Shown one piece after another: positions 50,348 to 60,048 of a stretch of DNA of 60,203 nucleotides; the stretch's first letter is position 1; each line of letters starts with the position of its first letter. A program made the position numbers and the translations under genes. The notes below the pieces were generated by a model that was not told the DNA's origin, searched no databases, and was given only the letters and a program-made list of their open reading frames with translations. Source of the DNA: Bacteroidota bacterium (lineage in GTDB: Bacteria > Bacteroidota > Bacteroidia > B-17B0 > Aurantibacillaceae); NCBI GenBank assembly GCA_025963735.1, contig JAOQAF010000080.1, positions 1-60,203 of the forward strand, read 5' to 3'.

Positions 50348-51922
50348 CTAATTTAGTGATGCGTCCGCGCATTTTTCTCCATCCATAGCCGCACTCATAA
50401 TGCCTCCCGCAAAACCGGCGCCTTCACCACAGGGAAATAAATTAAGCACCTGAGGGTGATTCAATTTTTCTTTATCCCTTGGTATCCTTACAGGAGTAGA
50501 TGTTCGCGATTCCACACCAACTATGACCGCTTCGTTGGTTAAATAACCGCGCATTTTTCCGCCGAAAGATTTAAAACCTTCTCTAAGAACAGGTCCAATA
50601 AACCTACCCAAAACATCCTGCATGTTTACACTCTTCAGCCCGGGCTGGTAACTGCAGTCAGGCAGGGTATCGCTTGTTCTGCCATTTATGAAATCCTGCA
50701 AGCGCTGCGCCGGAGCTGTTTGTGTTTGTCCACCAAGACTCCAGGCTCGTTTTTCAAATTCTTTTTGAAATTCCAACCCTGCCAAAGCGCCAAATTTTTT
50801 ATACGGTTCAAAATCTTTTAATTCAAGCCCCACAACAATTCCGCTATTGGCATATGGGTTGTTACGTTTACTCGGGCTCCAACCGTTAGTAACTACTTCC
50901 TGCTGAGCCGTGGCACAAGGGGCAATTATCCCTCCGGGGCACATGCAAAAAGAATAAACGCCATAACCTTTTATTTGTTGAACCAGGCTGTAACTGGCGG
51001 CAGGAAGGAACTCCCGCTTTTCAAGAGCTTCATCAATCGACCCGCAATGGTATTGAATTTTATCTATCAGCGATTGAGGATGCTCTGCCCTTACACCAAT
51101 TGCAAAAGGCTTTGCTTCCAAAAGAATATTTTTACTCTGAAGAAGCTCATAAATATCGCGTGCAGAATGGCCTGTAGCTAAAATCAGTTTCTGCACCGGG
51201 ATCATAAGTTCACCTTCCGCATTTTTAATTGTTATTGCAGACAGCCGCTGACTTTGAATGGCAAGATCAGTTAACTTACTGTTAAAATAAATTTGTCCTC
51301 CGTATTCCAAAATAGTTTCACGAATATTTTGAATAAGTTGTGGTAATTTATTTGTACCGATATGTGGGTGGGCATCCACCAGAATATCGCGACTAGCTCC
51401 GTGAAAAACCAGAACGCGCAATACTTTTTCAATATCTCCTCTTTTATTGGAACGCGTGTAAAGCTTACCATCGCTGTAGGTTCCGGCGCCACCTTCGCCA
51501 AAGCAATAATTGCTTTCAGGGTTAACAATATGATCTTTATTAATTGCTGCAAGATCTCTTCTTCTTGCTTTTATGTCTTTCCCACGTTCGAAAATAATCG
51601 GCTTTACGCCTGTTTCCAAACATCTTAAAGCGGCAAACAAGCCTGCCGGGCCTGCTCCAATAATGTGACAGGTTTTTTTAGAGGAGGATACATCGGAGTA
51701 GTTCAGCGTAATTTTTTCTTCTTCCGGCTCTTCGTTAACACAAACTAAAAGCGTGAGATTAATTTTTATATTGCGGTTACGCGCGTCGATACTGCGCTTA
51801 AGAATTTTTATAGAAAAAGAATCATCTGGTTTTAAACCCAATTGTAACTTCGCCTCTTCTTTTAAAAACTGTTCATTAAGAGCCGACTGTGGACTTACCT
51901 GTAATTGTATTTTTGTTTGCAT
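50348..51922 (-). CDS. Uncharacterised FAD-dependent oxidoreductase (COG2509-like)
   Basis: IIGAGPAG, GEGGAGTYSDGKL, FCMCPGG and GEGAGFAGGIMSAAMDG. Confidence 0.9.
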   Translation of the reverse strand: MQTKIQLQVSPQSALNEQFLKEEAKLQLGLKPDDSFSIKILKRSIDARNRNIKINLTLLVCVNEEPEEEKITLNYSDVSSSKKTCHIIGAGPAGLFAALRCLETGVKPIIFERGKDIKARRRDLAAINKDHIVNPESNYCFGEGGAGTYSDGKLYTRSNKRGDIEKVLRVLVFHGASRDILVDAHPHIGTNKLPQLIQNIRETILEYGGQIYFNSKLTDLAIQSQRLSAITIKNAEGELMIPVQKLILATGHSARDIYELLQSKNILLEAKPFAIGVRAEHPQSLIDKIQYHCGSIDEALEKREFLPAASYSLVQQIKGYGVYSFCMCPGGIIAPCATAQQEVVTNGWSPSKRNNPYANSGIVVGLELKDFEPYKKFGALAGLEFQKEFEKRAWSLGGQTQTAPAQRLQDFINGRTSDTLPDCSYQPGLKSVNMQDVLGRFIGPVLREGFKSFGGKMRGYLTNEAVIVGVESRTSTPVRIPRDKEKLNHPQVLNLFPCGEGAGFAGGIMSAAMDGEKCADASLN

Positions 51923-51996
51923 AGTGTGGGAAGATTTTTATTCTTCAATTTTTTAAAGATACTAAAAAGGAGCGTAAAAAGCCGCCGGAGTATTAT

Positions 51997-52764
51997 TTAT
52001 CCTTCAAATGTAACGGTAAACACAACCATGCGCGAACGCATTTTATCTATGCTGTTACTAAAAATATTGTTGCTTGGGTTTAAAAGATTACGCGTGCCCA
52101 CCTGCAGTTTAATTTCGAGTCCAAGTTTAAAATATTCGAGGTAAAAATCCGTTCCGGCACCGGCACTGTAAAAAAAATCATCGCGTTTTACCTTCACATT
52201 GTTTTCGAGCTGATTAGGTCCGGTAACCACGCCCGCCGCTTTTTTGCGGGAAGCGAGATCTAGGGCATAGCCATACCCTCCAATCACGTAAGCGCTGAAA
52301 TTTCCAAGACGCTTGGATTGAATTTTTGTTTCAAGGGGAAAAATTAAAAAAGTAGATTCCACTGTTTTTTGATAAACTTTAAACGTGTCGCGGGCAGAAT
52401 TAGAAAGTGTATATTCTATTTTGCGTGAAGCGAAACTAATACTGGGCGTAAAACGCAAACGGATATAATCATGAAGACGCGCATCGGCCACCAGGCCAAT
52501 TGCGAAGCCGGGCGCCGGCTGCGTGTAAATGGTCCGCACTCTTAAGCGTGAAGTATCTTTGTTGTTAATTAATACCGTATCCGGAAACTGCGAATTTGGT
52601 TTTGTATTAAGCCTGTAATCGGTAGTATTGCCGGCAATTGTAAAACCAAAATGAAGTTTTGTTTTATAAAACTTTGGTAAATTCACACCATAGCCATCAT
52701 TTTCCTGAGAGAAAAAATGAAGCGAAAGCAATAGAGCTATGATTATGAGAAAAAGCTTTTTCAG
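51997..52764 (-). CDS. porT: T9SS outer-membrane protein PorT/SprT
   Basis: HFGF, PGFAIGLV, LRFTP, VESTFLIFPL, SKRLGN and terminal TFEG. The start is extended to CTG 52764 to give a complete signal peptide. Confidence 0.85.
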   Translation of the reverse strand: MKKLFLIIIALLLSLHFFSQENDGYGVNLPKFYKTKLHFGFTIAGNTTDYRLNTKPNSQFPDTVLINNKDTSRLRVRTIYTQPAPGFAIGLVADARLHDYIRLRFTPSISFASRKIEYTLSNSARDTFKVYQKTVESTFLIFPLETKIQSKRLGNFSAYVIGGYGYALDLASRKKAAGVVTGPNQLENNVKVKRDDFFYSAGAGTDFYLEYFKLGLEIKLQVGTRNLLNPSNNIFSNSIDKMRSRMVVFTVTFEG

Positions 52765-52856
52765 AGAGTTATATAACGTGTTATTTGCCGGTTAAATTGT
52801 GTAAAGTTATTGTTTTTTAACGGCTTTTGCCTGCCGGTAATCTGAATAAAAAAGCC

Positions 52857-52864
52857 TAACTTTG
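52857..52864 (+). promoter_or_regulatory. -7 promoter element for the panD operon
   Basis: TAACTTTG, 7 nt before the panD ATG, implying a very short leader. Confidence 0.6.
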
Positions 52865-52871
52865 CAACGTT

Positions 52872-53231
52872 ATGGAAATTCAGGTAATGAAATCTAAGAT
52901 CCACTGTGTTACGGTTACGCAGGCCGAGTTAGATTACATTGGAAGCATAACCATTGATGAAGATTTAATGGATGCGGCCAATTTAATTGAAAACGAAATG
53001 GTTCACGTGCTCAATAAGAATAACGGTGAGCGCCTTATAACGTATGTTATAAAAGGTGAGCGGGCCAGCGGCGTAATATGCATGAATGGTCCTGCAGCCC
53101 TGAAGGTTAAACCGGGCGATGTGGTAATAATTATTTCATACATGAACATGGCATTTGAGAAAGCAAAAACCTTTAAGCCGTGGGTTGTTTTTCCAGACAG
53201 CGCCAACAATAAACTTAAAGCAATAAATTAA
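52872..53231 (+). CDS. panD: Aspartate 1-decarboxylase
   Basis: [13 protein letters not shown] (G-S autocleavage site), NGERLITY and NGPAA. Confidence 0.97.
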   Translation: MEIQVMKSKIHCVTVTQAELDYIGSITIDEDLMDAANLIENEMVHVLNKNNGERLITYVIKGERASGVICMNGPAALKVKPGDVVIIISYMNMAFEKAKTFKPWVVFPDSANNKLKAIN

Positions 53232-53236
53232 AAACA

Positions 53237-54271
53237 GTGCAGGTTAAAAATACCCGGTCCATAATACAGTTTGTAGTTTTACTGGGCATAGGAATTTTAT
53301 TAATCTGGCTTTCTCTCCGGCAAATTACGCCTACTCAGCAAGACGAAATTTTTTACGCTTTTAAAACCGCCGATTATTTTTGGGTGAGTGTTTCTGTAAT
53401 CATTGCCTTTGTCAGTCATTTTTTAAGAGCTTACCGTTGGAATTATTTGCTGGCCCCCCTTGGGCAGAAAACAAAACTATTGAACGCCAATTGTCATGTA
53501 TTAATTGGATACCTTGCCAACTATGGTATTCCACGCATGGGTGAAATTTCGCGTTGCACACTGGCCACCAAATATGATAATGTTCCTTTTGAAATAGCCC
53601 TTGGCACAGTTATTACCGAGCGCATTGTAGATTTTATTCTGTTCTTGTTCATATTTGTTTTAACTCTTGCATTACAGTTTAATGAGCTGATTGGACTTGC
53701 TAATAAATGGATCTTCTTTCCGTTGAAAATAAAATTAGCGGCCGCATCGCAAAGCCCCGTTAAACTTATTATATTGCTTGCGGTTATAGCAACCCTGATT
53801 ATAGTATTTCTTTCAGTTAGAAAAAAGGTGGCCGGAATGCTGCGCGGAAAGTTTGGTTCCATTATTAAAGGCCTGGGAGATGGCGTAGGCTCTATCAGAA
53901 AAATGGAAAAGCCTGTTCAATTTGTAGTATTAAGTTTGTTCATATGGTTAAGTTATTTTTATTCGCTTTACGCCTGCTTTTTTGCTTTAAAAGGTACATC
54001 GAACCTTGGGCAAAAAGAGTGCCTTACTCTTTTGTTGTTTGGAACCTTTGGCGTTATTTTTTCTCCCGGCGGCTTGGGCGCTTATCCTTTCATTATCAGC
54101 TCTATTCTTATAACCACTTATGGTCTTGAAAAAGTGCCAGCGATTGCCTTCCCCTGGCTGGTTTGGACGAGCCAGTTCATATTAGTCGTAGTTCTTGGAG
54201 GAATAAGTTTTATTGTATTACCACTTTATAACCGAAATAAAAATGTCGTTTCACAACCAATTAAAAAGTAA
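53237..54271 (+). CDS. Lysylphosphatidylglycerol synthase TM-domain / UPF0104 flippase-like protein
   Basis: LRAYRW, PRMGEISR, GTVITERIVD, SPGGLGAY and many TM helices; GTG start. Confidence 0.88.
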   Translation: MQVKNTRSIIQFVVLLGIGILLIWLSLRQITPTQQDEIFYAFKTADYFWVSVSVIIAFVSHFLRAYRWNYLLAPLGQKTKLLNANCHVLIGYLANYGIPRMGEISRCTLATKYDNVPFEIALGTVITERIVDFILFLFIFVLTLALQFNELIGLANKWIFFPLKIKLAAASQSPVKLIILLAVIATLIIVFLSVRKKVAGMLRGKFGSIIKGLGDGVGSIRKMEKPVQFVVLSLFIWLSYFYSLYACFFALKGTSNLGQKECLTLLLFGTFGVIFSPGGLGAYPFIISSILITTYGLEKVPAIAFPWLVWTSQFILVVVLGGISFIVLPLYNRNKNVVSQPIKK

Positions 54272-54734
54272 GATAGTACTTAAAGATGATGCTTTAAGAA
54301 CCATTAATGGTCTAAGATTAAAAGGTAAAAAAATAGTGTTTACAAACGGATGTTTTGATGTTTTACATCCGGGTCACGTTGATTATTTAAGCCAGGCCAG
54401 AGATTTGGGCGGATACATGATCTTAGGCCTGAATACGGATGATTCCATAAAAAAGTTACAAAAGGCTCCAAACAGACCGGTTAACAATAACATGGCAAGG
54501 TCGATGGTTTTAGCGGCACTAGCCTGTGTAGACGCGATTATATTTTTTGATGAAGAGACTCCGCGCGATTTGATACAATTTTTACAGCCTGATATTATAG
54601 TTAAAGGAAATGACTATAAGCCTGAAGAGGTTGTAGGCGCAGACATCGTTAAAGCCAGAGGAGGCACTGTTGTTACTATTCCGTTACTTGAAGGGTTTTC
54701 TACCACCAAACTGATTGAAAAGCTAAGTAATTAA
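54243..54734 (+). CDS. rfaE2: D-glycero-beta-D-manno-heptose 1-phosphate adenylyltransferase (HldC/RfaE domain II)
   Basis: VFTNGCFDVLHPGH, GLNTDDS, KGNDY and GFSTT. Start moved to the ATG at 54243. Confidence 0.9.
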   Translation: MSFHNQLKSKIVLKDDALRTINGLRLKGKKIVFTNGCFDVLHPGHVDYLSQARDLGGYMILGLNTDDSIKKLQKAPNRPVNNNMARSMVLAALACVDAIIFFDEETPRDLIQFLQPDIIVKGNDYKPEEVVGADIVKARGGTVVTIPLLEGFSTTKLIEKLSN

Positions 54735-56962
54735 ACGCGTATACCAACCAGAGAAACGTCGTCAACTTGTTCTAAACTTCCCTTCCATTCTTCAAACTCC
54801 GTGTCAAGTATTTTTAATTGTTCCTGCATTGGCAGGGCATGAATTGAAATTAATAAATCTTCGGTTTGTTTGTATTTAAATTTTTTGCCTTTGGGGCCAC
54901 CGAACTGGTCCGGAAAACCGTCAGTGATCAGGTAAATACAATCACCCGGCTCTAATTGAAACGTTTGACTGTTAAACGATTTATCTTCGCCTATGTAAGT
55001 TCCTATAGGCATTTTATCGGGCCTTAACTCAATAATAGTGCTTTTGCGTAAAATCATTAAACCATTGTTGGCTCCTGAAAATTCAAGTGTATTGTTTAAT
55101 TTATTCCAAACACACAGCGCTATGTCCATTCCGTCTTTACGCTTCTCAGCACCTTTTTGATCCAAAGCGTTTATTATTTTTTCGCGAAGTTTATTTAGTA
55201 TGGTTGAAGGATTAAAAATTTTATTCTCGATAACAATTTCATTTAAAAAACTATTACCAAGCATGCTCATAAAACCACCAGGAACACCGTGACCGGTGCA
55301 ATCGGCTAATGCAAATATCGAACGGTTAGTCGGCGTATTGTAAGCCCAGTAAAAATCGCCGCTTACAATGTCTTTGGGTTTAAACAAAATAAAGTGGTCT
55401 TTTGAAACCTTATTCCAAACATCATCACTTGTAAGAACGGCGCCCTGTATGCGTTTTGCATAATTGATGCTATCAATAATTTCTTTTTGTTTTTCTTCCA
55501 CCAGATGTTTTTGTTCTTCCACTTCCTGCTTCTGAACAGAGAGCCTGAGATTCTGGGTGTTGATGATCTTGTTAGCTTTTTTAAATTTGCGAAAATTAAA
55601 ATAAGCGAGGGTTCCTAAAATAAGTGTAAGGGCCAGCGCCAGTGCTCCAAACAAGATTACTTTTTCTTTTTGTTTGTTCTTTTCTTCTTCCAATAAAATG
55701 TGCGTGTTCGCGGTTTCGATCTGCAGATCCTTTTTTTCAGTTTCGTGCTTTATTTCCATCTCTTTTGAATGCTGTGCCATTTCAGTTTCATTAAGCCTGT
55801 CTTTATATCTAATGAGACTATCCAGAAAAAAAGAATGCTGTTTATAGTTTCCCATTAAACCGTAAACCCTGGCGGTACCTTTTATGTTTTCAAGAACACT
55901 TGAAGAGTTATTGTTTTTTATTTCAAGTTCATTACTCAGTTTAAAATATTGAAGGGCTTCGCCATACAATTTAAGTTCAGTAGCCACCGTGCCGTAGGTT
56001 GTATAGGCCTTGGCAAGAAGCACATCCGATTCAATTTCCTTGCTGAGGCTTATAGCTTCTTTGATATTAACAAGGGCTGCCTCATTTTTATTTTGCTTGG
56101 TAAACACTTCTGCCTGATTTAAAAGCGCGTTAATTAAGGAATATCTGTCGTTTGTTTCTTTACTATAATCGATAGCCTTTACACTATACAAGAGCGCCGA
56201 ATCTAATTGGTTTAAATTGGTGTAAACCGAAGCGGTAAAACCGTAGACCCAGTTTTTTAAAGCCGGACTAAAAGTAATGTTACTTTTATTAATTTTATCG
56301 AGATAGTAAAGGGACATCCGAAATTGATTCATATTAAAATTAATAGCGGCCAAACCACCATAATTATTAGCCATGCCGCTTAAATTGCCCTTATCTTCAT
56401 TTAACCTGGCTGCTTTGGTAGTATAAAAGATAGCGCTGTCATACCTGCTGATGTTGGAAAAGCAGATACCGATATTACCATACACATCTGCGAGCATAGA
56501 ATTATCGCCTGAACTTTTAATCAAACTTATAATTTTCCGGTTTTCGTCGAGGCCTTTGTTCATGTCACCTTTCTCAACAAAAATTCCGGCAATATTTATG
56601 CGACAAGAAATTAAACCTTTTAAAAGCTGAGCCTTTTTATAATATACTGCGCTTTTTTCAAAATTTTCAATGGATAGGTCATAATCCCTTCTATAGTAAT
56701 ATTTATAGCCGAGTGTGTGATAATATTCCGCGAACCCTTTAGGTTGGTTTAATCTTTTTATTACAACAAATAATAAGCCCCTGTACTTTTCTGCAACTTC
56801 CGGTTTACCGGTGTGCTCAAAATTGGTGGTAAGCGAATACAAGATCTCTCTGCGTAAAGTATCGTGAATATTGGTTTTTAAAAGCGCATTAAGGCTGTCG
56901 ACTTTGTCGGCAGACACATTAAAAATCATTAATGTAAACAGGAGGATGAATAATTGTTTCAT
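54731..56962 (-). CDS. Periplasmic TPR + TM + SpoIIE/PP2C phosphatase sensor
   Basis: Signal peptide MKQLFILL, TPRs, TM helix, DSINYAKRIQ, PKDIVSGDF, ADCTGHGVPG, DGMD, TDGFPDQFGG and QVDDV. Confidence 0.9.
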   Translation of the reverse strand: MKQLFILLFTLMIFNVSADKVDSLNALLKTNIHDTLRREILYSLTTNFEHTGKPEVAEKYRGLLFVVIKRLNQPKGFAEYYHTLGYKYYYRRDYDLSIENFEKSAVYYKKAQLLKGLISCRINIAGIFVEKGDMNKGLDENRKIISLIKSSGDNSMLADVYGNIGICFSNISRYDSAIFYTTKAARLNEDKGNLSGMANNYGGLAAINFNMNQFRMSLYYLDKINKSNITFSPALKNWVYGFTASVYTNLNQLDSALLYSVKAIDYSKETNDRYSLINALLNQAEVFTKQNKNEAALVNIKEAISLSKEIESDVLLAKAYTTYGTVATELKLYGEALQYFKLSNELEIKNNNSSSVLENIKGTARVYGLMGNYKQHSFFLDSLIRYKDRLNETEMAQHSKEMEIKHETEKKDLQIETANTHILLEEEKNKQKEKVILFGALALALTLILGTLAYFNFRKFKKANKIINTQNLRLSVQKQEVEEQKHLVEEKQKEIIDSINYAKRIQGAVLTSDDVWNKVSKDHFILFKPKDIVSGDFYWAYNTPTNRSIFALADCTGHGVPGGFMSMLGNSFLNEIVIENKIFNPSTILNKLREKIINALDQKGAEKRKDGMDIALCVWNKLNNTLEFSGANNGLMILRKSTIIELRPDKMPIGTYIGEDKSFNSQTFQLEPGDCIYLITDGFPDQFGGPKGKKFKYKQTEDLLISIHALPMQEQLKILDTEFEEWKGSLEQVDDVSLVGIRV

Positions 56963-56982
56963 TTTAACACTCTCTATAATAT

Positions 56983-58581
56983 TCAATTTTTTAAATTCCC
57001 GATTATCCGATGAATATATTTTTCTGTTGGCAATAAGCTTTGCTGAATTCTTTTCGCATAATGAATACTGTCCAAAACTTCCTTTTGTTTTTCCTCTACT
57101 AACTGTTTTTGATTGGAAATTATTTGATTTTGTGCTTCTACCCTATCCTTTTGCTTATTTATAATAATTTTGGATTTCCTTATTTTATTATAGAAGAATA
57201 TTATAACTAAAACTATTAATCCAAACAGAACTGCAATACCTGTAATAAAATTTCGCGCTGATTTTTGACGCGCCAGTTCAACCTCTTGAAGTTGGGCTGA
57301 TTTACTCAGAAGTTCTATTTCCTTTTCTTTTCCATAAACATCCAGCTCTACGTTGAGTTTGGCGCTAATTTTATAATTTTCATCTGTAAGAACTGAATCG
57401 CGGTACGCAATCACCTTTTCAAGTGCCTGGGCCCGCTTCTCCTGTTGGTTAAGTCCTTTGTAAATACTGGCAAAAGTGTCATACATTTCAAACAGAGATT
57501 TCTTATTATTTCCGATGATTACCATTTCTTCTACTTCCAGAGCCAATGCCAGTGCTTTTTTATAATTCCGTTTTTGAATGTAGTTATCAGCCATTACCAA
57601 TGTAGCATTATAAAAAGATACAGTGTCTTTTAATCTAAAGGAAATATTTCTTGCTTTTTCAGAAAAACGCAGGGCCATATCCCATTGTCCTTGCCTTTGA
57701 TAAAGTAAAGCTATAGAAGTGTTGGTTGTGCTTAAACTTAACGAATCTTCGTTTTCTTCTTCCAGTACAATTGCGTTACGGAAATAAGACAGGGCCGAGT
57801 CAGGTTTGTTAAGTTCGCGGTAAAAAGATCCTAAATTATTAAGCACCGCTATTTTTAAAAACACATCCGGATGTTTGTCCAACAGGCTTAGCGCTTTTTT
57901 TGCGTTTATAGAGGCGGCTGATATATCGCCCATTTGTTGAAGCAGCGCCGCCATGGTAGAATACAAATAAGGTTCCTGAAGTGAATCTTTTAAGTTTTTA
58001 TTTATTGCCAAGGCGTGTTGCAATGCCTTTAGTGCCTTGCTCTCCATACCTATGTAACGGTATGTTTCAGCCTGATTAGTGAGGGCAACAAGCGCTACTT
58101 TTTGGGCGTTATTTTCATTAGCCAGTTTTATACACTCAGAATACTTCACAATTGCATCGGAATATTTTTTTTCCTGATAATATATGTTTGCAATATTTAA
58201 GAGCACCGCTGCCTGTTTGGTTTTGTTGCCCTGCTTTTTTCTAATTGCAAGCGCTTTTCCTAAAAATAAAAAAGCCGAATCAATGTTATTTAATGATCTG
58301 GCGTTATTACCAAGAACATTATATGCTTCGGCACGACCATTATCGTAGTTTAATATATAACTAAGGTTAAGGGCCTGCGAGCAATAAGCTGAAGAAGCGC
58401 GAAAATCATAAAAGCTAAGTTCCCAGGCAAGATCATTTAAAGCCTGGACTCTAAGCGTATCTTCATTTGTATGCTTGTTTAGCTCACGTTTTAAATTTTC
58501 GATTACCACACTATTCTGTGATATTAATTCAAACGAAATGAAAGAAAAAATGAAAAGTAAAATATATGTTTTAATCTTCAT
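56983..58581 (-). CDS. Periplasmic TPR + TM sensor lacking an output domain
   Basis: Signal peptide, TPRs, TM helix and coiled coil; ends DSIHYAKRIQQSLLPTEKYIHRIIGNLKN. Confidence 0.85.
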   Translation of the reverse strand: MKIKTYILLFIFSFISFELISQNSVVIENLKRELNKHTNEDTLRVQALNDLAWELSFYDFRASSAYCSQALNLSYILNYDNGRAEAYNVLGNNARSLNNIDSAFLFLGKALAIRKKQGNKTKQAAVLLNIANIYYQEKKYSDAIVKYSECIKLANENNAQKVALVALTNQAETYRYIGMESKALKALQHALAINKNLKDSLQEPYLYSTMAALLQQMGDISAASINAKKALSLLDKHPDVFLKIAVLNNLGSFYRELNKPDSALSYFRNAIVLEEENEDSLSLSTTNTSIALLYQRQGQWDMALRFSEKARNISFRLKDTVSFYNATLVMADNYIQKRNYKKALALALEVEEMVIIGNNKKSLFEMYDTFASIYKGLNQQEKRAQALEKVIAYRDSVLTDENYKISAKLNVELDVYGKEKEIELLSKSAQLQEVELARQKSARNFITGIAVLFGLIVLVIIFFYNKIRKSKIIINKQKDRVEAQNQIISNQKQLVEEKQKEVLDSIHYAKRIQQSLLPTEKYIHRIIGNLKN

Positions 58582-59957
58582 TATCCGAAAATCAAGCTAA
58601 ATACCTCTTCTATTTTGGAGGCGGGAACAATTTCAATTTTATAATTTTTAATATTTATTCCTTTTAAATTATAAGAGCTGATGATTATTTTTTCAAAGCC
58701 CAGCTTTTCCGCTTCGCTGATGCGCTGCTCAATTTTACTAACCGGTCTAATTTCTCCCGTTAGACCAATTTCTGCAGAGAAACAGATGTTTTGCGGAATG
58801 GGCAAATCTTCGTTACTGCTTAACACTGCACACACAAGCGCCAGATCAATCCCCGGATCTTCCACTCTTATTCCTCCCGCAATATTAATAAACACGTCTT
58901 TAACTCCTAATCTGAATCCGCATCGCTTTTCAAGCACAGCTAAAAGCATTGAAAGGCGCCTTAAGTCAAACCCGGTGCTGCTGCGCTGTGGAGTTCCGTA
59001 TGCGGCGGTACTTACAAGGGCCTGCGTTTCAATAAGCATGGGCCTGTTGCCTTCAAGGGTGGAGGCAATAGCAACGCCGCTCGTAGGATTATCGCGATTA
59101 GTTATTAAAATTTCAGAAGGATTAACCACTTCTCTTAAGCCCTGGCCCTGCATTTCGTAAATACCCATTTCGTTGGTGCTTCCAAAACGGTTCTTGGTTG
59201 CGCGCAATAAACGGTAAATATGGTTCCTGTCGCCTTCAAACTGTAAAACGGTGTCAACCATGTGTTCGAGCACTTTTGGTCCCGCTAAGCTTCCCTCCTT
59301 GGTTATGTGCCCTATCATAAATACGGGCGTATTGGTTTCCTTGGCAAAACGTAAAAATTCGGCCGCGCACTCGCGCACCTGGCTAACGCTCCCCGGACTA
59401 CTGTCGATATAAGCGGTATGCAAGGTTTGAATAGAGTCGATAATTAAGAGCTGAGGCTGTATTTCATTTATTTGCTGAAATATATTCTGAGTATTGGTTT
59501 CCTGTAAAATAAAAAGACTGCCCGTTGTAATACCAATACGGTCGGCACGCATTTTAATCTGTTGTTCGCTTTCTTCACCACTCACGTATAATACGCGCAG
59601 ATTTTTTAAACGCAAGGCCAGCTGAAGCATTAAGGTAGATTTACCTATGCCGGGCTCTCCCCCAAAAAGCACCAGACTTCCGGGTACTATACCCCCACCC
59701 AGAACGCGTGTTAATTCTTTGCCGGGAACGGCAATACGTGGATATTCGGCGGTTCCTACCTCGGTAAGTAAAATTGATTTATTTGCAATGCCTTTTTTGT
59801 TTGCCGTAAATAACTGAAGGCGGTCATTCTTTCCTTCTTTATGTACCACTTCTTCAACAAACGTATTCCATTCGCCGCAGCTTGAACACTTGCCCACCCA
59901 TTTAGCGGATTGTGCGCCGCAATTCTGGCAAAAAAAAGTTGTTTTGGTTTTTGACAT
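58581..59957 (-). CDS. radA: DNA repair protein RadA/Sms
   Basis: CxxC-CxxC zinc finger, GEPGIGKST, KNRFG and a Lon-like C-terminus. Confidence 0.98.
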   Translation of the reverse strand: MSKTKTTFFCQNCGAQSAKWVGKCSSCGEWNTFVEEVVHKEGKNDRLQLFTANKKGIANKSILLTEVGTAEYPRIAVPGKELTRVLGGGIVPGSLVLFGGEPGIGKSTLMLQLALRLKNLRVLYVSGEESEQQIKMRADRIGITTGSLFILQETNTQNIFQQINEIQPQLLIIDSIQTLHTAYIDSSPGSVSQVRECAAEFLRFAKETNTPVFMIGHITKEGSLAGPKVLEHMVDTVLQFEGDRNHIYRLLRATKNRFGSTNEMGIYEMQGQGLREVVNPSEILITNRDNPTSGVAIASTLEGNRPMLIETQALVSTAAYGTPQRSSTGFDLRRLSMLLAVLEKRCGFRLGVKDVFINIAGGIRVEDPGIDLALVCAVLSSNEDLPIPQNICFSAEIGLTGEIRPVSKIEQRISEAEKLGFEKIIISSYNLKGINIKNYKIEIVPASKIEEVFSLIFG

Positions 59958-60048
59958 TGAAACACGAAGTTACATTGTGGCCGTGAATTGCACTAATTAC
60001 AAAGTGGTATTATTATTAACAGTGGTTTTTTGGATTATGAAAAAATTA

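Noticed and set aside
56963-57081. Frameshifted pseudogene explaining the missing PP2C domain
   Set aside because: Only 20 nt separate the stop from the next gene's signal peptide, so no phosphatase remnant exists in any frame.
58681-59160. 159-aa antisense ORF in radA, and the other 60-135 aa overlapping ORFs in the track
   Set aside because: They are shadow ORFs of well-supported genes, with no motifs or expression signals of their own.
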